A DNA stretch of 64,000 bases from Thraustochytrium aureum (taxonomy: Eukaryota). The stretch is taken from assembly GCA_012862495.1 (NCBI GenBank), contig BLSG01000105.1, positions 113,826-177,825 of the forward strand. The letters run 5' to 3'. Made by a program: the position numbers and the translations under genes. This document shows positions 1-11,995 of the stretch, one piece after another (positions within the stretch are counted from its first letter, which is position 1; each line of letters starts with the position of its first letter). The notes under the pieces are model-generated. The model made no database searches, had not been told where the DNA came from, and worked only from the letters and a program-made list of their open reading frames with translations.

Positions 1-1
1 G

Positions 2-382
2 CTGCTGTACCCGCTCGCCGGGCTTGCTCGGGCGACCGCAGCGTGCGGAGAGCAAGCGCAAGCGACACAGGCCCTTGTCTTTGCGCTCGCGGTGGCTGAC
101 AAGCACCTCGGCCCGGACCACCTTGACATCGCGGCAGTGCTCGACAACCTTGGCCAGCTGATGTTCGACCAGGGCAAGCACGCCGAGGCTGAAGCGCTCT
201 TTCGACGAGCGCTGCAAATTCGGGAGGCACTCCTGCACCCAGTGGAGCAGCGAGAGGCGCTCATGACGAGCCAGAACAACGTCGCGATGGCAGTATTAGC
301 TCGAGGGCGCCAGATGCGCCGCTCTGGGAAGCGCCAACGTCGCCCAGCTCGAGAGGGTCGGCATGACGACGCATCGCGCTAG
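2..382 (+). CDS. TPR (kinesin light chain-like) repeat protein, 5' partial
   Basis: Frame is open from the window edge. LGPDHLDIAAVLDNLGQLMFDQGKHAEAEALFRRALQIRE matches the KLC-type 42-aa TPR pattern. The true C-terminus is uncertain. Confidence 0.7.
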   Translation: MLYPLAGLARATAACGEQAQATQALVFALAVADKHLGPDHLDIAAVLDNLGQLMFDQGKHAEAEALFRRALQIREALLHPVEQREALMTSQNNVAMAVLARGRQMRRSGKRQRRPAREGRHDDASR

Positions 383-1177
383 GCCGATCTCGCTCGGTCG
401 CTTGCATGGACGGCAACGTGCCCGTCCCGATCGGAACGGGGACATAGATCGGAAAGACGACCGCCTCAAGACTCCTTTTGTTGCAACAGTCCTGAGCGGC
501 CGAGAACACTTCACACGAGCCTCCCGCGAGTGCCCTCCGGCTCCCGAGTCACTGGCAGACTCCTTGTCCTTCCCGCACACTCTCAAGCTTGCGGCACGCC
601 CAGTCAAGGCTGCCCAGCTCCTCTTCCCGGGCCAGGCTGGCCGCTCGAGCACACCACCACACCGAACGGCCCGAGCTCAACTTGAAAGCTCTAGAGTCTT
701 GCACTCGTGAGCAGCCTTGCACTCGCGAGCAGCGTTCAAGAGCAGCAGCGGCCTCCTCGCGTGCACAAGCGCTCTCCGAGGAATCTGCATGCCATTGCGG
801 AGTGCAGTTGTGGTCACTTCACTCGCCCATCCCTCTCCATCGCTCGCCCCACCCCATCGTCGCCGCCGGTGCTACTACCACCTACTCACTTCCATTCTCG
901 CGCAGCAGCAGACACGCAACGCGGCAGAGAAAGCAGCGCAACGCACCGCGGGCGGCGCTCCCTGATCAGGCCGGCAGACACCATACCGACGGAAAGCGCA
1001 ACCGACGCACGCGGCGCAGGCTGTCGCTACGAGCCTGGCTGGAGGCTGACTGAGTGACTGACTGACTGACTGACTGACTGACCGCTCAGCCGGCTCGGCT
1101 TGTTGCGCGAGGACACCCCTGTTGAGGTCAGCTGTTGCAGCTGCAGTTGCGGCGGCGAGTCGGCGTCAGCAGGGGCG

Positions 1178-1574
1178 ATGGGGGACGACGGCAAAGCGAG
1201 GCCCGTCAAGTTTTTCAACAAGGCCTTCGCGTTCGACGAGCTGCCGTCCGAGCTGCCGAAGGAAGGCGAGTTCGATGTAGCCAAGGCGCTTGCCGGCCCG
1301 CTTCGGGAGATGTCGTGGGAGGAAGCGTTCAAGGTGATGGGCAAGGCTGAGCAGCACGGCAAGCCCCACATCCAGTACGCCGACTGGCAAGTCCAGTACG
1401 GCGGCGCGCAAGGTCTCGGCGCCAACATCGTGGTCCCCCAAGCTGCTCTTTGCGCGCGAGAACGGCGACACGGGCAACCGGAAGGTCCCGATTCGCACGC
1501 AGCAAGTGGTGATCGGCAACCCCGAGGACGCCGCCATGATCTCGAAGATGCACATCCGCAAACAGCCCAACTTT
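1178..1574 (+). CDS. N-terminal fragment of an unknown protein, possibly cytochrome P450-like; 3' end lost in gap
   Basis: ATG at 1178 with coding-like composition. Removing one C from the C-run near 1435 joins it to ...PKLLFARENG...VVIGNPEDAAMISKMHIRKQPNF, which resembles the P450 VV(I)xDPE beta-strand region. No heme motif is visible. Confidence 0.35.
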
Positions 1575-2551
1575 NNNNNNNNNNNNNNNNNNNNNNNNNN
1601 NNNNNNNNNNNNNNNNNNNNNNNNNNNNNNNNNNNNNNNNNNNNNNNNNNNNNNNNNNNNNNNNNNNNNNNNNNNNNNNNNNNNNNNNNNNNNNNNNNNN
1701 NNNNNNNNNNNNNNNNNNNNNNNNNNNNNNNNNNNNNNNNNNNNNNNNNNNNNNNNNNNNNNNNNNNNNNNNNNNNNNNNNNNNNNNNNNNNNNNNNNNN
1801 NNNNNNNNNNNNNNNNNNNNNNNNNNNNNNNNNNNNNNNNNNNNNNNNNNNNNNNNNNNNNNNNNNNNNNNNNNNNNNNNNNNNNNNNNNNNNNNNNNNN
1901 NNNNNNNNNNNNNNNNNNNNNNNNNNNNNNNNNNNNNNNNNNNNNNNNNNNNNNNNNNNNNNNNNNNNNNNNNNNNNNNNNNNNNNNNNNNNNNNNNNNN
2001 NNNNNNNNNNNNNNNNNNNNNNNNNNNNNNNNNNNNNNNNNNNNNNNNNNNNNNNNNNNNNNNNNNNNNNNNNNNNNNNNNNNNNNNNNNNNNNNNNNNN
2101 NNNNNNNNNNNNNNNNNNNNNNNNNNNNNNNNNNNNNNNNNNNNNNNNNNNNNNNNNNNNNNNNNNNNNNNNNNNNNNNNNNNNNNNNNNNNNNNNNNNN
2201 NNNNNNNNNNNNNNNNNNNNNNNNNNNNNNNNNNNNNNNNNNNNNNNNNNNNNNNNNNNNNNNNNNNNNNNNNNNNNNNNNNNNNNNNNNNNNNNNNNNN
2301 NNNNNNNNNNNNNNNNNNNNNNNNNNNNNNNNNNNNNNNNNNNNNNNNNNNNNNNNNNNNNNNNNNNNNNNNNNNNNNNNNNNNNNNNNNNNNNNNNNNN
2401 NNNNNNNNNNNNNNNNNNNNNNNNNNNNNNNNNNNNNNNNNNNNNNNNNNNNNNNNNNNNNNNNNNNNNNNNNNNNNNNNNNNNNNNNNNNNNNNNNNNN
2501 NNNNNNNNNNNNNNNNNNNNNNNNNNNNNNNNNNNNNNNNNNNNNNNNNNN

Positions 2552-3640
2552 TGTGACAGCGTGGCGCACCGTTATGCCCGTCAGGAAAACCCCAACGACG
2601 CTCAGCTCATCCGCGTCGACGTGCGCCAGTCGCGACACCCGCAGCGCTGCTTGGTGGCCCAAACGAGCGATATCGTCGCCGAGTTCGAAAGCTTTGGCGA
2701 CGCGCTTGACCTGGACGAGTGGGACCTTCACATGTCGTTCTTCGCCTTCAGCGCCCCTGTGCCCCACGCCACAAAGTATACCGTCTTTGTCCGGAGCAAA
2801 CCGCTCCGGTCGATGGTTGTGATGGACCACGCTGCTGCCAGCAACGCAAGAGATCGCCGCGGCGCCGCCGACACGGACGCCTCGTGCAATGTCGAGCGCG
2901 GCGAGACACGCGGCTGGAGCCGGGCATTCTCGTTCTGGGCCTTCTACTCGCCAGTCCAAAACGCGATCAGGGTCAACGTCCAGCAAGTGCCAAACCCTGT
3001 GCGGTACAGGGTCACTGAGCTGGCGACCGAGCGCGGCGGGTGGACGCAGCGCTTTTGCTTCTTCGCGTACCCTGCGGTCCGATTCGGGGTTTTCGATGCG
3101 GTGCGTTGCCCCAAGACCCTCGAGCGCGGCAAGCTGCGCGAGGTTCCCTACGAGGAGGAGGGCGAACTCCACCCAGCGATTTACGCCACAGAGCGCGAGC
3201 ACGAGGACGACCTGTCCCGCACGCTGTGGTGCAGACGCTTTGAGTTTCTGGCCCTCAAGTGCCGCTTCGCAGGCACCGTCCAGTACCGCGTCTACTGTCG
3301 GTACGAGCCCCTGGAGGGCCGCCAGAGCGCTGCGAGCGGCGCTGCATATGCGCACGACTTGCAGCCGTACTTTCCGGTGTACCGGGTGACACAAGAGGGC
3401 GACGGCGAGGTAGAGGGGTGGTCTGAAATCGGCCGCTTTTACGCATTCCCCTTGCCGGTGCCCGGTACGACCAGGTACTATGTGCTCGTGGCGAGGCAGC
3501 CGCGCCGCTTTCGCGTCGCGTTGACTGATTTTGTGGGCGACGGGTGGCGCTCGCTGTTTTCTTTCTTCGCCTTTTCGTCGCGGCCCGGCGAGTCCCGCTA
3601 CCTCGAGCGGACCGACGCCGGCTGGGCCTTGTCAGCCTGA
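2552..3640 (+). CDS. Hypothetical protein with about 6 aromatic beta-repeats, 5' partial
   Basis: About 360 aa open after the gap, with a recurring W-x3/4-F-x-F-[WYF]-A-[FY]...P-x-P-x3-[RK]-Y-x-V motif. Confidence 0.7.
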   Translation, partial: CDSVAHRYARQENPNDAQLIRVDVRQSRHPQRCLVAQTSDIVAEFESFGDALDLDEWDLHMSFFAFSAPVPHATKYTVFVRSKPLRSMVVMDHAAASNARDRRGAADTDASCNVERGETRGWSRAFSFWAFYSPVQNAIRVNVQQVPNPVRYRVTELATERGGWTQRFCFFAYPAVRFGVFDAVRCPKTLERGKLREVPYEEEGELHPAIYATEREHEDDLSRTLWCRRFEFLALKCRFAGTVQYRVYCRYEPLEGRQSAASGAAYAHDLQPYFPVYRVTQEGDGEVEGWSEIGRFYAFPLPVPGTTRYYVLVARQPRRFRVALTDFVGDGWRSLFSFFAFSSRPGESRYLERTDAGWALSA

Positions 3641-3846
3641 GACGAGGGCAACCACGCAGGCCCTACCTACCCAGCTCCGCCGTGACCAGCAGCTCGCTCG
3701 CTCGATCGAGCACGGGCAGGTTGGTATTTTTATTTGCAAGATACGCGGAGGTCTATTGCTACTTCGTTTTCTCCCAATCAATCAAAGCAGATTCAGAAGG
3801 AAGAAAGCAAAATGAGGTCCCTGGACTCGCTGGCCAGCACACGCTG

Positions 3847-6800
3847 CTACGGCGACACAACCATCTCGTCGCGGATCGCGAGGCAAAATGCCAAAGCGTC
3901 CTTCTTGTCCTCCTTGCTCGGCAGCGCGTTCTTGGAGAACACGACGGCCAGGTACATCGTCGCGTCCACGCGAAGGACAGCGTAAGCCGCCTCCTTCTCT
4001 GCCACAAAGCAAGGCTCGGACACGCAGTCGTACCCACTATCAAGAATCATCGACACCAGGTTTGCCATGTGCAGCCGNNNNNNNNNNNNNNNNNNNNNNN
4101 NNNNNNNNNNNNNNNNNNNNNNNNNNNNNNNNNNNNNNNNNNNNNNNNNNNNNNNNNNNNNNNNNNNNNNNNNNNNNNNNNNNNNNNNNNNNNNNNNNNN
4201 NNNNNNNNNNNNNNNNNNNNNNNNNNNNNNNNNNNNNNNNNNNNNNNNNNNNNNNNNNNNNNNNNNNNNNNNNNNNNNNNNNNNNNNNNNNNNNNNNNNN
4301 NNNNNNNNNNNNNNNNNNNNNNNNNNNNNNNNNNNNNNNNNNNNNNNNNNNNNNNNNNNNNNNNNNNNNNNNNNNNNNNNNNNNNNNNNNNNNNNNNNNN
4401 NNNNNNNNNNNNNNNNNNNNNNNNNNNNNNNNNNNNNNNNNNNNNNNNNNNNNNNNNNNNNNNNNNNNNNNNNNNNNNNNNNNNNNNNNNNNNNNNNNNN
4501 NNNNNNNNNNNNNNNNNNNNNNNNNNNNNNNNNNNNNNNNNNNNNNNNNNNNNNNNNNNNNNNNNNNNNNNNNNNNNNNNNNNNNNNNNNNNNNNNNNNN
4601 NNNNNNNNNNNNNNNNNNNNNNNNNNNNNNNNNNNNNNNNNNNNNNNNNNNNNNNNNNNNNNNNNNNNNNNNNNNNNNNNNNNNNNNNNNNNNNNNNNNN
4701 NNNNNNNNNNNNNNNNNNNNNNNNNNNNNNNNNNNNNNNNNNNNNNNNNNNNNNNNNNNNNNNNNNNNNNNNNNNNNNNNNNNNNNNNNNNNNNNNNNNN
4801 NNNNNNNNNNNNNNNNNNNNNTAGGTTGCGCCAGGTGCTGCGACACCAATGCCGTCTCGAGATCTTTGACGCCGGCGCCGCTGTGCTTGCGAAGAAATGG
4901 CGTCTTTGGCGTGTGCTTGGCCAAGAAGAGTCGGATCATCGTGACGAGGCGCTTTTTCCTTCGGGTTGCCTCGTCTTGCGGCGCGAGCCGCTCAAAGCGC
5001 ATTCCGAGCACGGGGTAGAACACAAGCGTGAGCTTGGCTGTGAGCGTGTTAAAAACCCGCTTTGCGAACGCCAGCGACTCAAACCGGTGGCTTGCTTGGC
5101 GCTCGCCTGTCGGGGCCGCCTTAGAGTCTCCTGGCGGAGGCGGCGAGGCCGACCTCCGCGAGGACGAGCGCCGAGGCGAGCGAATGGTCATCCGGTAAGG
5201 TCCCACGGCGTTCTTGGGGCGCGACCGGCGCGCGGCGGCTTCCAATTCGTTGCTTGCACCGAGCTCGCCGCTGGCCAAAGTGGTTACCGACAGCGTGCCC
5301 GTGCTGGTGTTCTCGCTGCTCGTGCTGCTCGTGCTACTACTGATACTATTGCTGCTTACGCTTGTCGGGACTTGGATCCCCACGCTCGAGACCGCGTCGA
5401 GACCACCAAAGTCGCACGGCCCTTGCGTTTCCCGAGAATGGAGGCAAGCGCTGCGATCCGCGCGTGGGCCATGTGTAGCGTAAGCACCGACCCCTGCAGA
5501 TGGAACGAGGAAAGGTTGTAACGAGCATAAGCTAGCATCGTCACTGCAGAAAACTCGGCCACGGCGTGGTTGACAATGTTTTGGAGCATAGTGTGCCCGC
5601 TAGAGCCAGCAAGCTCCTCGAAGCTGAAGTGGATCCGCTCCGGGATCTTGATCGTATCCAGCGTCGCGTCTGGCCCGTTCCCGCCCACGAGCGTCTCGTA
5701 CACCTCGACGGTCCACAGCCTCAGCTTGAGGAGTTGCACCACCTTGGAGAAGATTGTGGCATACTCCTCAATGGCGGCCTTGACCGGCTGCCCGTTCACG
5801 ATGTCACGTTCCTGCTGCGTGAGCCCGTTTCGCGCGTAAAACATGGCAACCTCGTCCTCCTCCTCCCCGGAAAGTGGTGCAGCAGCGAAAGAGCCCCGCC
5901 CGCGAGGGCCTTCGGCGCCGGCTGGCGGCGAGGCGAGTCGTGGATCAAGTTGGCCCTCAGAGGGTACGCGGTGGCGTCCTTCGCGGTCCAGCTCCAAATC
6001 CTGGCCCGCTGCCCCATCAGGCGACAGCGGGGTCCCTGCGAACGCCGAGTTGAACATGTCTGCCTCGGAGCTCTCCGTCTTTGCGCTGTAGCGCGAGCGC
6101 GCAGAGGACATGAACGCGAGCGTTCTCTGGCCCTCGGCCTCACGGGCGCGCGAGGAAGCACTACTCTCTGGGGCAGCTGCGAAACCGCTGCCGTCGCTGG
6201 GCGCTGCGACGGGGGCAGCCCCGGCGCTCTTTTCGCTGCAGGCAACGATCTGAGCGTCCAGCAGCCTGCTCACGCCGCTGATGGCGCGCTGGAACATGCC
6301 GACCATCGACTCCATCACTTTGGGGTCGCGCAGGAACTCGAGCGACATAAAGTGCTTTTCGGCCGATAGCAAGTAGAGAAGGATGGAGGACAGCTGCGAC
6401 CAAAACACGTTGTTCACGTTGCAGTTGCGCGAGAGCTCCTGCGACACCGCGCTCCGCGCGGCCAGCAGGTCGTCGCGCTCAAGCCCGTCAAAGAACCGTG
6501 CCAGGCAGGCTTTGATCGAGTGCACCTCCAGCAGGGCGACGATCATATCCGACACCAGCTTGCTGAACACGGACTTGGCCGGCCCAGGCACGGCCTGCGA
6601 CTGCCTGTGCGACACCGCCGCCCCAGCAGCATGGCCCAGCGCCTGGGCTCCTGGCGCCCGGTTCGCTCGGTTGATGCTTCTCGGGGTATTTGGTGCACTC
6701 GTCCTAAACACGACCATGTCGTCTTGGGAGACGCCCGCGGCGCCGCTGGCGGCCCCACTCGACGACTTGGCGAGCTGGGCTCCCTTTTGGAGCCGCTTGG
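3847..6800 (-). CDS. KICS2: KICSTOR subunit 2 (C12orf66/DUF2003)-like protein; gapped, frameshift near 5430
   Basis: Collinear blocks resemble C12orf66 as I recall it: FWSQLSSILLYLLSAEKHFMSLEFL, EFSAVTMLAYARYNLSSFHLQGSVLTLHMAHARI, NTLTAKLTLVFYPVL, HMANLVSMI and YAVLRVDATMYLAVVF. Pieces come from ORFs 5356-7338, 4040-5383 and 3847-4068. The start is probably in or beyond gap 6801-7149. Confidence 0.65.
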
Positions 6801-7611
6801 NNNNNNNNNNNNNNNNNNNNNNNNNNNNNNNNNNNNNNNNNNNNNNNNNNNNNNNNNNNNNNNNNNNNNNNNNNNNNNNNNNNNNNNNNNNNNNNNNNNN
6901 NNNNNNNNNNNNNNNNNNNNNNNNNNNNNNNNNNNNNNNNNNNNNNNNNNNNNNNNNNNNNNNNNNNNNNNNNNNNNNNNNNNNNNNNNNNNNNNNNNNN
7001 NNNNNNNNNNNNNNNNNNNNNNNNNNNNNNNNNNNNNNNNNNNNNNNNNNNNNNNNNNNNNNNNNNNNNNNNNNNNNNNNNNNNNNNNNNNNNNNNNNNN
7101 NNNNNNNNNNNNNNNNNNNNNNNNNNNNNNNNNNNNNNNNNNNNNNNNNCTCGACCGCCACCACCACATCCTCGCGCAGCGCGACGCGCTCTTGCAGCCC
7201 GCTTCGATTGCCGACGGCGGCCCACGTGCGCTCGCCCGCCTTCGCTGCCCTGGCCTCGTGGCGGCTCAACGGGGCCGGGACGATCGGGGACTGACTGACT
7301 CGGTCAACTGATGGCTGACGACGAGTTGGCCGCGCCATCGAGGCGAGAACTGCAAGAATGCGACCGCGTCAGGTGCGTAGGCGGCGGGCGGGCGGGCGGG
7401 CGGGCGGGCGCGCACCTTCAGGGCCTGGGCATGCGCCAGGCGCAGGCGTTCTTGGCGTGCAGGCGGGCCTTTTCTTGCTCGACGAAGCTTCGGTGGCGGG
7501 TCGAGGCGCGCGGCACAAGGTGCTGCCGAGGCGGGCAGCCCGAGCGCGAACAACGCCGACTCAGCGTCGAGCGCCTTGCCAGCTGTCGCGACGGGGCCGT
7601 CTTTGCACGCG

Positions 7612-9946
7612 CTACTGGGCGCTGAGGACGAGCTTTGTGAAGAACGAGCGCGTGTCGGCGCCTCCGACGGTCGGCACGAAGTTGGGCGGACTCGCTTGCC
7701 CTGACGCACGGGCGACACGACGCGAGTCCGAAATGAGGTGGCCGAGCTCGGTGTAGGACGAGTGCTCGCTGTACGCGATCGAGACGACCTTGACTCGGGA
7801 CCCGCCGGGCCGCGGCAGCGTGGCGGCCGACTTTGTCCCGTGCGCCCAGCCTGTTGGACGGAAGGCCAGCACGCTGTGAAACCGCTGGCCGCCGCCCGCG
7901 ACCTTGTTGCGAGCATCCAAGAGCGACTCTAGGCCCGCCGCGTTCAGTTGGCCCATGCGCACGAGCAAAATGCGCGACTGAGACATATCAAGCGTGAGGC
8001 GGGCGCGCTGACGGAGGCCGAGCTCGCAGTGGTCCAGCACCGCCTTCTTGTCGCGCGCGACGTAGATGGGCTCATCCGGGAAGCAGCGGTCGGCCACGCC
8101 AAAAACAAAGCGCTCTTTCCCGATCGTGTACGAGCCAAACACGAACAGTGTGCGCTGCTGCGCCGACTGGAAGTGGCGCTGCATCAGGCCCGCCTGCGCG
8201 GTGAGTCCTAGTTGCTGCTGTACGAGGCCCGCGGCCTGGTCGATCGCCTCCTGTTGCGAGATGGTCTGGTACTTTGGATTGCAGTAGGTCGTGTCCACGT
8301 ACACGGTGTCCAAGACGCAGCCGGGCGGCAAGCGGAGAGTGCGGAGCAGCCCGATGCGCTCGCGGACGTAGCGACAATCCCCGCTGTGCAGGAAGCAGCG
8401 CTTGGTGCGTTTGACGTGGAAAAGAAACATGGCTGCACCGGGACAGTGGTTTGCATCAAGCGCCGTCACCAAGACCCCAGCGACCTGCACCGTCTTGCCG
8501 ATGTCGATCACCACGATACTCGCCCTGGGGATGCCAAACTGCTGGACGATGAGCGCGGCTGTTGAGCTGGTGCAGTATATCGTGCCCCAGTTGAACACGT
8601 TGCGCAGCCGCCCCTCGCGCTTCCCAGCGGCGCGCGGAATGCCGCCGTAGTGGTCCGAGTGAAAGTGGGTCAGGAAATGAGTGCTCGGCCGCGAAACGGA
8701 AGCCGTCCACAACAAAGCCCTTTGCGCCAGGCACGGCCTTGGGCGACCACCGTTCCACGGGCTTGGTTGGCTTCGGCGCGTACTCGACGCTCGTGACGGT
8801 CGGCGCGGCACCTGCTGAAGTGCGCTTTCCGAAGTTGGTGCCCTTGCGCGATCCGGCGCCCGCGCTGGCCGTGGCAAGGCGTTTCGCGGCGCCCATCAAG
8901 AGCGACCACGCGTTTCGCGGGCCGCCGCCGCGCGCCTCGGCTGCCCTCTTGGCCTCTGCTGCCTCGTTGGCCTCGGCAGCTTCTTCGGCCTCGTCTCTCT
9001 CCACGGCATCGAGGAGGAGGTCAAAATCGTCGGGCATGTCAAAGCACCCTGCCTTGACATCGCGCCCCACGTCTTGGACGCGGATGCCCATCGACTTGGC
9101 GCAGACTTGCCAGTGTTTGAGCCGCTTGGACACCGCAGAGCCAGGAACGACGGCGCCTGCCGTCCAGGAGTCGTCCTCTCCGCACGCTGCACAGCAATAG
9201 TTGCGCCGTTGCGCGCGGTCGAGCGTTGCGTCCTCGAGGCAATAGTTGATGTGCACTTGCTGCTGGAGCACCGTGAGCAAGGCAATGTCTGCACTGCACA
9301 CCGGGCACCGCGCAGGTTCGTGGGTCGCCGCGGCTTCTGAGACGCCGGGCATTTCGGCAGCCAAGCCGTCGCGAGAGGGCTGATCTTTAGCTCCCTCTCC
9401 ATGTGCCTGCTGGGCGAGTTGCGCGGCGCAGGCTCCGGCGCTGGACATACGAGGCGAGCCGAGACTTGCTTCGGCAAGGTCCTCGACGTTGCAACTACCG
9501 GTCGGGCTTGCACGAGTTGCCTTGTCTTCCCGACTGCGCAAGTGCGCTTCGCCTGAAACCTGGCAGTCACGCGCTGTGGCACTTGAAGCATGTTCTCCAG
9601 GCAACGGAGGGCACTCACTATGTGCATGGCGGTCGAGGGCCGTTTGTCCAAGCTCCGAAGCAACGCCGTCCGCGGCACGCTCGACACCCTCGTCCATCGT
9701 TTGGACGCCCTCATTCCTTGCATCGACTCGCGGCCCTGTCGTCGCATCCGTGCTGTCTCCCAAGGCGCCCTCGTCCGGGCGGCCAAGGTCCCCGCTGGGG
9801 GCGCAGCTTGTGGCCCGCTCGTCCCCGCGACGACCAGCACGGCGTCTGGCGTCGTTCTCGCGGGTGGAACCGTCCGATGGCCGAGCCGCGTCCACGGCGG
9901 TGGCAGCCCGGGCGCCGTGCCGGCGCTGCCGTTTCCGCGCGCCTCG
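7612..9946 (-). CDS. SNM1: SNM1/PSO2 (DCLRE1A-like) DNA cross-link repair beta-CASP metallo-beta-lactamase with UBZ zinc finger; frameshift near 8685
   Basis: Motifs FVVDGF, HFLTHFHSDHYGG, DANHCPGA, LHSGDCR, YVDTTYC, GSYTIGKER, FRPTGW and YSEHSSYTEL. N-terminal CPVC...HINYCL is UBZ-type. The start lies in gap 9947-10185. Confidence 0.9.
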
Positions 9947-10391
9947 NNNNNNNNNNNNNNNNNNNNNNNNNNNNNNNNNNNNNNNNNNNNNNNNNNNNNN
10001 NNNNNNNNNNNNNNNNNNNNNNNNNNNNNNNNNNNNNNNNNNNNNNNNNNNNNNNNNNNNNNNNNNNNNNNNNNNNNNNNNNNNNNNNNNNNNNNNNNNN
10101 NNNNNNNNNNNNNNNNNNNNNNNNNNNNNNNNNNNNNNNNNNNNNNNNNNNNNNNNNNNNNNNNNNNNNNNNNNNNNNNNNNNNNGCGGCCGCGCAGCAG
10201 GACGAGCGAACGACAAGTAGCGCCGGGTAGCGTGGGGTACTCGAGTTACAGTGCCAGTACTCTACGTAGAAACGAAACGGTGCAAAGATTGGGCCGCCGC
10301 TGAGCCGAGGAGCTGGCTGGCGTCATCGTCATCGGGAAGGGAGAAATCGCAGCGAGACCCCAGCGGGCCCGTGCGCTCGCTCCGCCTTGAT

Positions 10392-11995
10392 CTAGTACTC
10401 GGCAGCTTTGCGGCGCGTGTAGTCATCGATGGCTTGCTTGGATGACGGAAACTTGACGAGGACTGTGTCAAGCTGTTCCTTGGTGAGCACGTGCAGCTCG
10501 GAAAACTGAATCGTGGTGCAGTTGTACAGCGAGGTGACGTTGGCAAAGATGAGCTCATGGCCAAAGCACTGGCCACGAATGAGCTCAGAGCGAATCGTCT
10601 CGGCGACAGAGAGACGCACGTTCATGTTGCCCACTTCGAGTTGGTCGTGTGCATACTCGAGCGGGTCGCTGCTCATGTGCAGCACAACAAGGCCCTTGGA
10701 GATGATGTAGAGCTTCGTAACTGGCTCTCCGATGCTCTGGACTCGCTCGAACGGCGCAAAAATCTCAATATCGAGGATACGCGAGAGGGAAACAACGAGG
10801 TCGTCCCTCTCGCTGAGAACGGCCATCTCGATAAAGGGAACCTGCTGTACCCAGACCGCGTTGACAATAACACTGGTTTCCGTCTGTAGCGCGGGCGACA
10901 GCTGTTCGATGAGCTCGGCGTAGCGGTTGGTGTCCTTTGCGCTGTGCTTGTATGCAAAAAACTTGCGCAACCGCACGCGGAGCTCGTCGGGGAAGTCGTA
11001 GGCACGCATGAACTCGTTGAGCGCATTGACTTCTTTGCGAAAGTTGGTCGAGCTCTCCGCGAGTTCTGCGACCAGACCGCAAACCGTACCGATGAGGTAG
11101 GCTTGCAGCGAAGCGCCAACAAACATGAGTACGCTCATGAAGGCGCGCTCGACGTTCGTTTTTGGAGCGACGTCGCCAAATCCAATTGTGGTCAGAGTCA
11201 TGACGGACCAGTACAGCGAGCCCAAGTAGACGGTCCAGAGCCCATACGAGCCGGGCGGGAAGCCGAGGTTGGTCTCAAAGTACTCGGTCTGCCAGTTGAA
11301 GGCGACCTCGCCGGCTAGTATCTGCTCATCGGTGAGGTCCTCATAGGTTGATCCCTCGATCGAGGGGATGACGCCGAGGATGCAGGCGATCCAGTGCGCC
11401 ATGAGAAGCGTGAACAAGATGTAGAACCACATTGCCATCCAGGTCAGGTTGAGCCCGATGCGGTCCCGCCAGCGCTTGTAGATGCGGTTTCCTCGCATAA
11501 TCCGCGCGATCTTGAGCAGCTTGAGCAGGCGCAGCGAACGCAGCGCCTGAGGGTCGACGTTCTCACTATGTGCGGCCAGAATGATCCAGTCGAAGGGAAA
11601 CACGGAGACCACGTCGATGACGAACCAGCCTCGAAGGTACCGGCGCGCGATTTTCCCGCTGTCCCTGACCCAGATGCCAGTTACAGGGTCTGCGTACGGA
11701 AGCCGAAACGTGACAAAAATGTCGATCAAAAACCCACGTCGACCGCGAGATTCAGAAAGAAGATCGCCTCGCCAACGCTCAGGTCCAGGAACGCAGCATC
11801 AAAGGGCGTCACAATCGACGTGTACGCGAGGCCCAGAACAAGCATCACATCCCAGAACTGCATGGCGCTCGAGTACGGGTCAATTAGGCACTTGCTGCTG
11901 CCTTCGAAAGCTAACACGTCCGGCGCCGCGGACACGACATTGCGCAGCGACGTAAAGTCGTTCACCTGCGTCGACAGCGGCTTGGCCGGCGGCAT
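10392..11995 (-). CDS. EAG/HCN-like 6TM potassium channel with C-linker and cyclic-nucleotide-binding homology domain; frameshift near 11728
   Basis: S1 IDPYSSAMQFWD, S2-S3 IARRYLRGWFVIDVVSVFPFD, S4 RSLRLLKLLKIARIMR, pore YWSVMTLTTIGFGD, C-linker LRVRLRKFF. One extra T in the T-run joins ORFs 11726-11995 and 10392-11729. Confidence 0.9.

Noticed and set aside
1100..3640. Single 846-aa ORF and other long ORFs spanning N-runs
   Set aside because: Frames across gaps are arbitrary; the flanks probably belong to different genes (for example 44592-48113 merges antisense sequence with the real gene from 45408).
3790..3849. Stop-codon readthrough or alternative genetic code at the KICS2-like TAG
   Set aside because: TAG, TGA and TAA all end conserved proteins at expected positions elsewhere (MOB1, PITHD1, cyclase), and no conserved domain contains an in-frame stop.
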